DNA from: an uncultured virus (IMG/VR IMGVR_UViG_3300009157_000020)
Lineage: Duplodnaviria > Heunggongvirae > Uroviricota > Caudoviricetes
Virus record (IMG/VR): IMGVR_UViG_3300009157_000020
Direction: 5' to 3' (one strand)
Length of the DNA: 64,000 nt
Part shown: positions 8,739 through 17,819 of the stretch, piece after piece
How positions within the stretch are numbered: the first letter of the stretch is position 1
Layout of the letters: every line of letters starts with the position of its first letter
The notes under the pieces: generated by a model
Told to the model about the DNA's origin: nothing
The model's input: the letters and a program-made list of their open reading frames with translations, nothing else
Databases searched by the model: none
Translations under genes and position numbers: made by a program

Positions 8739-9034
8739 GCGACGAGTACTGGCACATCGACATCACCGAAGGTGAAACCACTTTCGATGGAATGACTGGT
8801 CTTGGACCGTGGCATTTCGCCATCTTGAGAGGTAAAGATGGCGATGAGCTCGTCTACAGCGGAGCCGGATCTCGTTCTTCGCTCGAAGCCGCAAAATCAG
8901 CGAAACGAGCCTTCGAACAACACGTTGGACCCTATCCTCCGAGTGGTTGGCTTTTCGTCAACGCACCACAGGATGCGAAGCAATATCTGATGGCTCAAGC
9001 ATCGCGAAAACTGAAACACAAGCTGCTTCGGTGA
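8735..9034 (+). CDS. hypothetical protein with C-terminal KLKHKLLR
   Basis: 99 aa; ATGA overlap; shared C-terminal motif. Confidence 0.7.
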   Translation: MSDEYWHIDITEGETTFDGMTGLGPWHFAILRGKDGDELVYSGAGSRSSLEAAKSAKRAFEQHVGPYPPSGWLFVNAPQDAKQYLMAQASRKLKHKLLR

Positions 9035-9049
9035 TATCTTGAAGACCGC

Positions 9050-9277
9050 ATGAAGAGCACCATCAAGCAGCTGTTCGGCTACGCGTTGCTGACCTACGGT
9101 CTGCGCCTGCAAGCGGAAGCAGACAAGCTCGACATCGAGGCCAGGATGCTCAGGGAGCGAGCCGAACGTTGCGGCGGACTTGGTGTGCAGGCGATGCACT
9201 GGGGGATGCGGCTGGCGGGCATCGAGGAAACTCCCCCAGTGCAGTGCACGGAAGAAGACGACAGCTCGCTGCACTGA
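9050..9277 (+). CDS. hypothetical protein
   Basis: 75 aa ORF. Confidence 0.55.
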   Translation: MKSTIKQLFGYALLTYGLRLQAEADKLDIEARMLRERAERCGGLGVQAMHWGMRLAGIEETPPVQCTEEDDSSLH

Positions 9278-9382
9278 GCTGGTCGACGGCGAGACGCATC
9301 TGGGTGACAGCGAAGCGCATGGCTGAGAGGTCCATGCCGAAGCCATCGGCTGGACCGCTTCAGACTGTTGTCCCATTTTGGG

Positions 9383-9535
9383 CTATACGAGCTTGAGCAT
9401 CGAAAGCACGAACAACACTGCCACGATGGCAGCTGCGGCGTACAACGCCCGGTCCGAGCCTACACGTGGCCAGAAGGCGCCGGAAATCAGCACGAGCAGC
9501 AAGACGAGCAGGATGATGGCGAGCGGGGTCATCAT
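9383..9535 (-). CDS. small 2-TM protein (holin-like size and topology)
   Basis: Not in ORF track: MMTPLAIILLVLLLVLISGAFWPRVGSDRALYAAAAIVAVLFVLSMLKLV. Confidence 0.6.
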   Translation of the reverse strand: MMTPLAIILLVLLLVLISGAFWPRVGSDRALYAAAAIVAVLFVLSMLKLV

Positions 9536-9589
9536 GCTGCCGGTCTACACCACCTCAAGCTGCACGCAAAATCCTCAGCTTGTCGTCGA

Positions 9590-9904
9590 TCAAGTACTGA
9601 TTTCGGCTTCCTTGCTCTTGTCGCGGAGACTTTCCAAAACTGCAGCCTGTTGAGCCTGCTCGTAGTCCTTGAAGACTTCCCTGTAAAGAAGACTAGACTC
9701 CGCATCAGCAGCCATGCTCTCGAAGAGAACAAGCTGGACCAGGGCCACTTCATCATCACTCAAACAACGTCCGCGTTTGATTTGAAAACGCTCTGCGATC
9801 CCTCTGACGCGGTTTTCGATCATCGCTTCTCTCTTGAGGGCCAATTCCTCTGACAACTTCTCGTACTTTTTGAAACCGGGATCGAACGACTCAGGGTTGT
9901 ACAT
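9590..9904 (-). CDS. hypothetical protein
   Basis: 104 aa; TGGTATAAA just upstream of ATG. Confidence 0.65.
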   Translation of the reverse strand: MYNPESFDPGFKKYEKLSEELALKREAMIENRVRGIAERFQIKRGRCLSDDEVALVQLVLFESMAADAESSLLYREVFKDYEQAQQAAVLESLRDKSKEAEIST

Positions 9905-9928
9905 GCTCGATTTATACCAAAGAATGGT

Positions 9929-10249
9929 TCAAGCAGCACGCAAGGTCAGCGGCAGACTGCGGACCAGTCGAGCTCCTCGTGGCTCGATCGTCAGTGCCGT
10001 TGCCTCGTCGTTGTAGTCGGGCTCGTGGAAGAGTGAGACAGCGACGTTGCTCTCGACAGCACGCTCGTGCAGACGTCGAAGGGCTTGCTCGTCGGCGATC
10101 TGCAAGCACACGAGGTTGTTGCTGTCGCGATACCAAGCTGCATCGAGCTCGGGATGCTCGTGCACGAACAAGCGCATCGCGTGACAAGACTGCGCCACCT
10201 GTGCGCCCGGTGGCAGATCAGCGCGCACGATGATGTACAACTTTTCCAT
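9929..10249 (-). CDS. peptidyl-tRNA hydrolase type 2-like protein
   Basis: KLYIIVRADL..GAQVAQSCHA...EPD....TAL.I.P.......LPL, the Pth2 signature. Confidence 0.8.
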   Translation of the reverse strand: MEKLYIIVRADLPPGAQVAQSCHAMRLFVHEHPELDAAWYRDSNNLVCLQIADEQALRRLHERAVESNVAVSLFHEPDYNDEATALTIEPRGARLVRSLPLTLRAA

Positions 10250-10251
10250 AG

Positions 10252-10325
10252 TGCACCCGGCTGGATTCGAACCAGCGCCCTCCCGGGTCATTACGCCGGG
10301 GCTCAACCACCTGAGCTACGAGTGC
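10252..10325 (-). tRNA. tRNA-like gene with aberrant anticodon arm (AAT/Ile if read as a 7-nt loop)
   Basis: Acceptor GCACTCG/CGGGTGC, D arm, perfect T arm GCTGG-TTCGAAT-CCAGC; anticodon arm CCCGG-CGTAATGAC-CCGGG. Confidence 0.65.
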
Positions 10326-10327
10326 AT

Positions 10328-10402
10328 TGGTGCGAAGGGATGATCGCTAGCCACCGACCTCCATGCTTTTGCATGGCGCTCTAAGCTCTGAGCTACCTCC
10401 GC
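10328..10402 (-). tRNA. degenerate tRNA-like gene with encoded CCA
   Basis: Acceptor GCGGAGG/CCTTCGC plus ACCA; D arm GCTC/GAGC; anticodon arm CCATGC-AAAA-GCATGG; T loop CTAGCGA instead of TTCRANY. Confidence 0.55.
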
Positions 10403-10510
10403 ATGAAAACGCAGAAAACCCGCTACGTGACCATCGGTGGCCTCCGTGAGCGGGTTCTGTAGGTCGCCCCTGCGGGGTGACGGTCAATGGCTGACGATCA
10501 GCACGAGGCC

Positions 10511-10539
10511 ATCCTAAGACCTACCAGAGTTGGTGTCAA
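10511..10539 (-). promoter_or_regulatory. sigma70-like promoter for the tRNA-like/Pth2 unit
   Basis: TTGACA-N17-TAGGAT on the minus strand. Confidence 0.65.
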
Positions 10540-10979
10540 CGAAGAAGTTTGGCCTTCAACTTCTTCGGGTTTTCTTCCGGAGGTTCTGGTCGCTTCGTGT
10601 CGGGATGCTGCTGTTTCAGCTGGTCCCACACGACTCCAACATCTTCCCACGAATAGCCTTCCGATCGGGCGGTCTCGTAAACGTTGTCTTCATACACATC
10701 GAGCGCTTCCTGCAGGCTGTTGAAGGACTCCTGTTGATCCAGTGCTTCTTCAAAGTTCGAGAACGCGATCTCCCAACCAGGCACGAACCACACTTTTCCG
10801 TAACCACGAAGCAGCTTCCACATCTGGCCAACACCCATTTGGTACTCGAAGCCTCGTTTGCGGAGAGCGTTTTGAACCTTCTTCCGCTGGTTGAACGGGA
10901 CCTCGTACCACACCTCGTGTGCGTTGTCGGGATCAGCGATCATCGCCTCGGCATACTCGGTCGGTTTCATCGCGAGCAC
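10536..10979 (-). CDS. hypothetical protein with C-terminal KKLKAKLLR
   Basis: 147 aa (start may be 10970); shared C-terminal motif. Confidence 0.7.
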   Translation of the reverse strand: MLAMKPTEYAEAMIADPDNAHEVWYEVPFNQRKKVQNALRKRGFEYQMGVGQMWKLLRGYGKVWFVPGWEIAFSNFEEALDQQESFNSLQEALDVYEDNVYETARSEGYSWEDVGVVWDQLKQQHPDTKRPEPPEENPKKLKAKLLR

Positions 10980-11049
10980 TCCACGAGGATGGCGAGCGCT
11001 GTCATCGAAAACGCGATGCCGCAGAAGAACCCGTACTCGAAGCGAAGCT

Positions 11050-11677
11050 TCACCGCAGCAACCTCGCCTTCAGCGATGGAAGCCGGACATGTTCTTTCCA
11101 ACCCTCGTCAAGATCTCCAATGTCGATAATTTTCAACGCACCATTCTGCGTTGACGCCCCAGTTCTCGATCATGCCCAGCTCTGCAATGTTGGCGTAGCA
11201 GTCCGAGACAAGCATCAAGATTTGGTCAAAGAACCAACCTGTCTTTTTGAGGTCTTGGCTTTTTCTACGAGCCTTTGTGATGGCTCGCTTTGCATACTCT
11301 TCGAGCACTGGACCTTCAATCTCGTATGCCGCGTCGTTCCACGCATTCCAGGGGATGCCGGTGAAAACCGTGAACTCCTTTTTAGAGATCGGCCGCAAAA
11401 GCTCCAACTCGACCCATCGAGGGCTCTTCAACGGACCGTAGTCGTACATCTCCGGAAGAAGATCGGAAAAAGAGTTCAAAAGACAGGCAACTTCTTGATG
11501 CGTCCAAGAACCTCCGCTTTTTGAGTCGACCTTGATCGCTGTTGGTTCAAAGCCATCGACTTCGAGAAGGTAAGCGTCGCGCCTTGTACCACGACCAAGT
11601 ACCGGAAGACTTTGAAGACCGTCGTCGTTTCCCGAAGAAAGAGACAGAAGAAGTTCCTGGTATTCTTCGAACGTCAT
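11050..11677 (-). pseudogene. protein kinase-like gene interrupted by a one-base frameshift near 11145
   Basis: LGRGTRRDAY, AIKV, QEV and ENWG in the first frame; LKIIDIG and terminal LKARLLR* in the shifted frame; span is 3n+1. Confidence 0.7.
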
Positions 11678-12630
11678 CGCAGCAACCTCGCCTTCAGCTT
11701 CTTGGTGCGCGGCTCTCCATCTTCTTCGAAGTCTCCCCACTGGCGATCCCACGCTCGGTCATCCGCACGGAACACGACCGGGCACTGGTTCGGAAATCGT
11801 TTCTGTCGCGTCTGCTGCAACAGGAGGTCGGCACGCTCGGGTTGCAAAGCGCTCAGGTGACACGCGGCTTCCAACATCCAGGCGTTTGGATCCCCAGACA
11901 GCGTCGCGTTCTGCTGCGCGAACTCGATGAGCTGGCGTTCGCGTGTGAATGTCCAGTCGAGAGCAGCAAACGTAGCTGGTGGCACGAACGCACGTTGATG
12001 CGGATCAAAGAACCATCCTGTATGAACGACGAGCCCCGAGCTCTTGACCGTCTCCCAGTCCATGAAGTCGATCACTCGTTTTCTATTGAGGTCTGACACG
12101 CCCATGAATTCTAGATCAACAAAAACAGATTCCTCTTCTGGATATTCAGTCCTCGTAGCCAGCCCGTATCTCACCAAGTTCGTCCAGACAGCTTTAGCCG
12201 ACTTCGTTCGATCCTCATCACCACCACGCCCCGTATCGTGGCTGAACGTGCAGGCTTCAAGGCCCGGATCTCGCCAAGGAAAATCCCCCGTCGCGTTGTC
12301 CTTCATCGCCGCGATCGTCATGTTGCCGGCAAGGTACATCGCTGTACCGAGACCACTTCCTTGCAGCCCTGGAGACGCAAGACCCGGGTGCATGTGTTGT
12401 CGAGCACAGTGCCTCGGGCCTTCTTCGGCGAAGTACCCCTTGCCGACGCTACGCGCCTGATCCGGAGAGAAACACCGGAACTCCCACTCGTCCTGACGTA
12501 TGCCTGCGCTCGCAAACGCAGCCACAGGGACCATCGCCTTCGGGGCGATCACCGTGCCGACGTAGTTCTCGGGAGGATACGGAACACGCTCTCTGTCTGT
12601 CGAGCGTGGTGCTCTGGCCCAGACACTCAC
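11674..12630 (-). CDS. GNAT-like acetyltransferase with C-terminal KKLKARLLR
   Basis: LQGSGLGTAMY (acetyl-CoA motif A) and TKSAKAVWTNL. Confidence 0.6.
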   Translation of the reverse strand: MSVWARAPRSTDRERVPYPPENYVGTVIAPKAMVPVAAFASAGIRQDEWEFRCFSPDQARSVGKGYFAEEGPRHCARQHMHPGLASPGLQGSGLGTAMYLAGNMTIAAMKDNATGDFPWRDPGLEACTFSHDTGRGGDEDRTKSAKAVWTNLVRYGLATRTEYPEEESVFVDLEFMGVSDLNRKRVIDFMDWETVKSSGLVVHTGWFFDPHQRAFVPPATFAALDWTFTRERQLIEFAQQNATLSGDPNAWMLEAACHLSALQPERADLLLQQTRQKRFPNQCPVVFRADDRAWDRQWGDFEEDGEPRTKKLKARLLR

Positions 12631-13016
12631 GTCACCACGAGCCCCGTAACATGAGCCGTCGGCTTGACCAGGTCAGCGAACGCAGCGTCGGGAGTCAGGA
12701 AAGTCTTGCCGGCTTTTGCTTCGCGCTCCTTGTAGCCGATGTTCCAGGTTGGTTCGCCCGGACGCAGACGCACGACCCACGAGTACCCGGTGCCATCGCT
12801 GACGATCCACCAGTCGACTTCACGCACGGGAGGGTCGTCGAAGATGAGCAGCAAGCCGGTTCCCGATCGCACCGCATCCTTTGGCGGTTCGACAGCAGGT
12901 ACCGAGCTCGCCACGGCTCTCTTGAACTGCACCGAGTACCAGATTGCAGCCACGGCAGCAGCGATACCAAGCCAGATGACGCTCGTATCGTCACTCGGGT
13001 TTGGTCGCTTCTTCAT
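12627..13016 (-). CDS. membrane-anchored hypothetical protein
   Basis: N-terminal TM VIWLGIAAAVAAIWYSV. Confidence 0.65.
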   Translation of the reverse strand: MKKRPNPSDDTSVIWLGIAAAVAAIWYSVQFKRAVASSVPAVEPPKDAVRSGTGLLLIFDDPPVREVDWWIVSDGTGYSWVVRLRPGEPTWNIGYKEREAKAGKTFLTPDAAFADLVKPTAHVTGLVVT

Positions 13017-14812
13017 TTCTTCACGAGTCCTGTCACCGCGTTCTTCACGTCCCCGAGCTCGCCCTTGTACGCCTTGTAGCCCAGCCATGCAGCAGCTGCA
13101 GCAGCGCCAACATAGACGATCGTCTTCGTCGCCTTTTTCCCGTCGGGCTTCTTCGGACCATCCGGCACCGCGAGCTCCCCGAACGGGACGCCGCCTTGCG
13201 GCTCTTCAGGTGCAGGTCCGGGATCGACACCAGGGTCGAGCTTGGACGGTTCAGAAGCAAAGCCGAGCGGCGGATGTCCTTGCTGCGAGTTCTTGAGGCG
13301 CTCGGCGAACTGCGGATCCACATCACGGACATCCCAGTAGTTCACCTTCCATCGTGCCGGATGTTCGAGCAAGAGCTCCCGAGCACGATCACACTCGGCA
13401 CGTAGCTGCTGTCCGAAGTTGTCGAAGCCGTTCTTGGTGGCTGGACCGGGATCTTGGAATGCTGCGAACGCGGGCTGTCCCGTCACCTGGTCTTTGCGCG
13501 GGCGCACGTACGCGCACGAGAGCGAGTTGGTCAACGCTGACATCTGCCGCGAGCGCACGCGCTTGAGCGCGGGCGTGGTCAGAGACTCATCGGGTCGAAG
13601 GAACTGGCGACCGTACGAGAGCTCGTTGTCCTCGTTGAAGATGTTGCTGTTGATGAAGCCGTCGAGGTTGCGACTCTGGGCGATGTAGTTCGGGTCGACG
13701 AAGCACACCTGATTCTTCGTCCCGTCGTGACATGCTCCTGGCGAGCCTTTGAACGTCAAGAACTTCGCGATGGCCTTGGCGAGGAAGAGCTTCTCGGTGT
13801 CGTATTCCGGATGGTGCTCGATGGCGAAGATGAGATCGGCGAAGAACGCCTCCCAGTACTCCGCCCACATGCCAATCAGGCGGCTCGCTTGAATCTTGAA
13901 GATGTCCGCACCCGTTCCATCGTTGGCAGTTGCTTCGATCATGCCCCAACCGACGGTGCCCCACTGTGTCGTCGCAGGGTAGTAGTCGCCGACATTCGTC
14001 ACCGCGTCCCAGACGTAACTCGGTTGTCCCTGACCAGCTCCGATTTCGATCGTGCGCGCGACTTGAACGATCTCCACCATGCGTTGGGTGCCAGGCATGT
14101 AACCCAAGCCGGTGGTGTAGTCCGGTTGCGCCGAGACAAAGACACCCGCTGCTCGCTTGCCTTCTCCCGCTGTTTCGAACGTGAACGGACCCGGAGGCAT
14201 CGCCGGAGCATAGAAGTCCGTCCAGTCGACATCCGGAGCGAAGCGCTTGATGACGACCTTGTTGATGATGTCTTCGTCGACATCCCGCGAGTACCCTTGC
14301 CAAGGTACGGTGCGCTCGATCTGGTCTTTCGGTTTGCGAAAGAGCTGCACGAGTCCTTGAGCGATCTTCACGACAGCGTTCAACACGTTGCCGACGATGG
14401 GCACCGCCGAGATGGCATTGAGCGCGATGTCAAGACCAACCTGCACAGCGGCGCTGACCAACGCTTGTTTCTGTGTCGAGTTCGGGAATACAGCGGGAGC
14501 GAAGAGCCCACCGATCAGCTGTCCATCGAGTCCACCACCGGACGTGTCGATGATCTTGTGCACGATGCCGACCGGCATACCGCCCGTCGTTTGGCTCGTG
14601 AGGATGGATTTCGTGACGCGTGTGAGCGCTTGTTGCCACGCTTCGGCGCCAAGCGATGCGACAACTCCAGCCGATTCCTCGCCCAACAAGGCGTTGAATC
14701 TCGGAGAGCCGGCCGCATCCTTCGAGAAGAACGGTGAGACGAACGGACCGTCAGTCGATGCGAAGATGTCCGGGCTTGCGTTGCGTCCTTGCCCGTGCGT
14801 CTTGATGATCAT
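13013..14812 (-). CDS. large putative virion/membrane protein with C-terminal TM anchor
   Basis: 599 aa; internal hydrophobic helical hairpin (AISAVPIVGNVL), Pro-rich linker, IVYVGAAAAAAWLGY. Confidence 0.7.
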   Translation of the reverse strand: MIIKTHGQGRNASPDIFASTDGPFVSPFFSKDAAGSPRFNALLGEESAGVVASLGAEAWQQALTRVTKSILTSQTTGGMPVGIVHKIIDTSGGGLDGQLIGGLFAPAVFPNSTQKQALVSAAVQVGLDIALNAISAVPIVGNVLNAVVKIAQGLVQLFRKPKDQIERTVPWQGYSRDVDEDIINKVVIKRFAPDVDWTDFYAPAMPPGPFTFETAGEGKRAAGVFVSAQPDYTTGLGYMPGTQRMVEIVQVARTIEIGAGQGQPSYVWDAVTNVGDYYPATTQWGTVGWGMIEATANDGTGADIFKIQASRLIGMWAEYWEAFFADLIFAIEHHPEYDTEKLFLAKAIAKFLTFKGSPGACHDGTKNQVCFVDPNYIAQSRNLDGFINSNIFNEDNELSYGRQFLRPDESLTTPALKRVRSRQMSALTNSLSCAYVRPRKDQVTGQPAFAAFQDPGPATKNGFDNFGQQLRAECDRARELLLEHPARWKVNYWDVRDVDPQFAERLKNSQQGHPPLGFASEPSKLDPGVDPGPAPEEPQGGVPFGELAVPDGPKKPDGKKATKTIVYVGAAAAAAWLGYKAYKGELGDVKNAVTGLVKK

Positions 14813-15717
14813 CCGATCTCTTCTTTCAGCTTGTGCTCGAACCAGAGTCGCTGTGCCGTCACGAGGTACTGCGACGGATCGAGCAACTGCTCGGGCGCAG
14901 GATGACCATCAGGCCACTGCAGTTGGCGCTTGCGGATCTCGTCAACCGTGGTGTCGCCCTTGATCGTCTCCAAGTGCAGCATCTCGGTCGCTCCAACCGT
15001 ACCAAGTGGTTGTCCTCGCTTGATCCGTTGCGTTGTGTAGAAACCGCCGTCGATGCCGAACTGCTTCCACGAACCCTTCTTGAGTTCGCCGTAGTTGATG
15101 ATCTCCCCCGTGTCGTTGAGCACGTAGAGTGCCCATGTACCGTCGGTGAACGGAAGTGTAGAGATCACCGTACCGTCTTCCATGGCGACGACGATGTCCC
15201 CGATGTTCGCAAACAGGTCGATGCCCGCGTGTCGGCGAATCCCATGCTCACCCTTGCGCAACGTTCCGAAGTGCCGTCCCCACTTGCCGTGGAACTTGCC
15301 GCGCACATCCTTGTACGAGACCTTGATCTTCTTCTTGTCTTGCGTCAGCACCGGCCAAAGCGGATCTTCAGCACCTTTCGCAAACGGCACGATGGTCCCC
15401 GCAGCCTCGAAGTCCTTGGGAGGCACGCATTCACCGACACCTGGATCTCCGAGCCCTTCGAGCACGCCCGGCAACGTGCACGGGTCTCGATCATCGAACT
15501 CCAAATCTGGAGGTGGAAGCTCGACGATCTCCTCGCTGTGTTGTCCAGACACCTCAGCCTTTTTCCGCTTGGCGGCGATGTACTGCTCGGAGCGTCGCTG
15601 AATCAACGCGAGGGTCACACCGGTCACGAGCAGAATGAGCCCCTTGTTGGCAGGGCTCGATGAGGCTGCCGGGAACACGAGCTCGGGGATCAGCAGGCTG
15701 CGATGACCTTGCGGCAT
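14809..15717 (-). CDS. M23-family metallopeptidase with N-terminal TM
   Basis: HAGIDL and LHLE motifs. Confidence 0.85.
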   Translation of the reverse strand: MPQGHRSLLIPELVFPAASSSPANKGLILLVTGVTLALIQRRSEQYIAAKRKKAEVSGQHSEEIVELPPPDLEFDDRDPCTLPGVLEGLGDPGVGECVPPKDFEAAGTIVPFAKGAEDPLWPVLTQDKKKIKVSYKDVRGKFHGKWGRHFGTLRKGEHGIRRHAGIDLFANIGDIVVAMEDGTVISTLPFTDGTWALYVLNDTGEIINYGELKKGSWKQFGIDGGFYTTQRIKRGQPLGTVGATEMLHLETIKGDTTVDEIRKRQLQWPDGHPAPEQLLDPSQYLVTAQRLWFEHKLKEEIG

Positions 15718-15721
15718 GAAG

Positions 15722-16429
15722 TCACCGACTCAACTTGGTGCGGTAGTAGTAGAACGCTGCCGCGAGACCGAGACCGCCGACGATCAGCCACGTGTTCATG
15801 CTTTCTTTCTTCTTGCTGGGCTTCGTCGGTTCTCCCGTTCCCCCGAGCCCTGGCCAGTCGACAGGAACCGGAAACACAGAGACCGCCGGCTGTCCCACTT
15901 GCGGAGCACCAGCCAGGCCTAGTTCGGGGACATACTCACCGACCGCCTGCTGATACAGGACCACGCGCCAGGTCCAGTACTCGGCGCAGCGCAGGTGTTG
16001 GAGCGCTTCGATCATCAGACGTCGGACCTTCGTCGGACTGCCCTTCGACTTCTGTCCGGGTAGCTGCGCTTGATACAGGTCTTCGGCTCTCGCTTGCGAA
16101 CACAGGTTGAAGCCCGCCTCGATCAGCTTCTCGATCGCGTTCGTTTCATTGGGTCTAAACAACTGCGATTCGAGTTCCAACTTGTTCAGCGTCGCGGCCA
16201 AGCGCTCCTCGATAGGAGCCACGGCTGCTTCGACTTCGGCATCATCCTTGAGCAGCGGCGGACCGACTTGTCCGTAGTCGCCAAATGTGACTGGAGAAAT
16301 TTGCTGCTCGAACTGTCCTCCAAAAGAGGTGCCTGGGATCAGCCCGTTGACGTAGATAACTTTCTCGTAGGTATCGCCACAGCGCTGCGCGCCAGGCTCT
16401 TTCGGGATCGCCGCCGGGACTCGGGCCAT
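15722..16429 (-). CDS. protein with C-terminal TM anchor
   Basis: 235 aa ending WLIVGGLGLAAAFYYYRTKLSR. Confidence 0.7.
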   Translation of the reverse strand: MARVPAAIPKEPGAQRCGDTYEKVIYVNGLIPGTSFGGQFEQQISPVTFGDYGQVGPPLLKDDAEVEAAVAPIEERLAATLNKLELESQLFRPNETNAIEKLIEAGFNLCSQARAEDLYQAQLPGQKSKGSPTKVRRLMIEALQHLRCAEYWTWRVVLYQQAVGEYVPELGLAGAPQVGQPAVSVFPVPVDWPGLGGTGEPTKPSKKKESMNTWLIVGGLGLAAAFYYYRTKLSR

Positions 16430-16469
16430 AGGGGTAGTCTACCGGTTGTCAAGCGCCTAGAATACCCAC

Positions 16470-16964
16470 GTGGCAGAGCTGACGATCAAGGCCGCTCCAG
16501 GCACCGAACCGTGGGTCCTCAACGAGGACGACGCGGAGAAGATCGCCACCTGGATGCGCAACGACGTCACGTTGGAGTATCACCCGAGATCGCAGATCAA
16601 GGAGGTCTGGGGCCGCGACAGCCACACCAGCGACGAACCTGGACGACAAGACACCAACTTCCGCGGCTATTCGTTCGGCACGACCGATCGCGGGTACGTC
16701 GCGGTGATCTTCGTTGACCAGTTGGAGTCGTACCCGAGTGCCACGTTCGTCGTGCTGCACGAGCTCGCACACCTGCACGCTCCACCTTGGGCTCCACCGA
16801 TGGGCATGACAGATGCGCAAGTCCAAGAGGAAGAAGAGCGCGCTGACGAAGTCGCGAACCGGTTGATGTCTTCGCTGCTTGGATATCCGGAAGGTCCGTA
16901 CGAGGTTCGATTGCAAAACCCGCAGCGACCTTGTTGTCCTCGGCACTTCGTGGGACGATCGTAG
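16470..16964 (+). CDS. HExxH zinc metallopeptidase-like protein
   Basis: VVLHELAHL...EEERADEVA. Confidence 0.7.
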   Translation: MAELTIKAAPGTEPWVLNEDDAEKIATWMRNDVTLEYHPRSQIKEVWGRDSHTSDEPGRQDTNFRGYSFGTTDRGYVAVIFVDQLESYPSATFVVLHELAHLHAPPWAPPMGMTDAQVQEEEERADEVANRLMSSLLGYPEGPYEVRLQNPQRPCCPRHFVGRS

Positions 16965-16966
16965 CG

Positions 16967-17686
16967 ATGGCGCTTTCCATCCGCGAAGAGACTGTATTCT
17001 GGACGAAGCAGTTCTCCGAACATCTCGGTTTTCTGGCCGCCATGTTGCAGGGCTCTCTTCGCCAAGAAGCTGAAGAACGCCAGCGACAGTACGAGACGTT
17101 GCGCAAGAGCGTTCAACATCTTGACGGCGGCGCGATGGCAGCAGCTGTGGAAGACGCTACACGTGACGTGCACGTGTTCCAGTCAGAGCTCTGCAATCGA
17201 CTCGACGCGGGTCAGTGGCTCGGTTTTGCTTGGCCGCTGTTCTGCGACCACATCACGCGTGAAGTCGAGCTCTACGAACACCTCGCTTACGGAGATCCCG
17301 TTCCGAGCGGAGGTATCCCAGCCGCGGTCACGCAGATGGGTGGAGAGCACGCCTTGTTTGCAGCGAACCTCCTAGATCCCACCGAGCACACCGCGAACAA
17401 AACCGCGAGTGAAGTTGGTTGGAAGCTCATCGAGATGAGCAAGCAACCTCAAGGTCGCGCACGCATGCTGGACGAGGCCGGCTTGCAGAAAACGATCAAG
17501 CAGTTCATCGAGACCACTGGTCTCGGAACACCGAAGGGCGTCAAGAGCATCGTGAACTTCACGTTGCGTGAGCACGTTCTTCGTGAACAGGTGTACTACG
17601 CAGAGAAACTGCTCGACGCCGCCAACACCAAGAGTGCAGACACCAGCAGGTACCGGCGAACCCGCTCGATGCTCGGTCTGAGGTGA
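16967..17686 (+). CDS. DUF2935-like protein (duplicated helical metal-binding domain)
   Basis: FW...SEH...DHITRE repeated as GEHALF...EHVLRE. Confidence 0.65.
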   Translation: MALSIREETVFWTKQFSEHLGFLAAMLQGSLRQEAEERQRQYETLRKSVQHLDGGAMAAAVEDATRDVHVFQSELCNRLDAGQWLGFAWPLFCDHITREVELYEHLAYGDPVPSGGIPAAVTQMGGEHALFAANLLDPTEHTANKTASEVGWKLIEMSKQPQGRARMLDEAGLQKTIKQFIETTGLGTPKGVKSIVNFTLREHVLREQVYYAEKLLDAANTKSADTSRYRRTRSMLGLR

Positions 17687-17819
17687 CCCCACGACTTGTG
17701 CTGGGCTTCTAGCTCAGGCAGCGTACCGCGCTGTAGCCAAGCAGAGCTGAAATGGTCACGATCTCGCTGATCTCGGTGTTCGTGTACCGATTTTGGTAGG
17801 TTTCCGGTAGCCTTGTCGT

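Noticed and set aside
17757..17785. Possible eighth, inverted copy of the hairpin element (CACGAT...GTGTTCGTGT)
   Set aside because: Lacks the invariant GGACGACTC core and a good inner stem; may be chance similarity.
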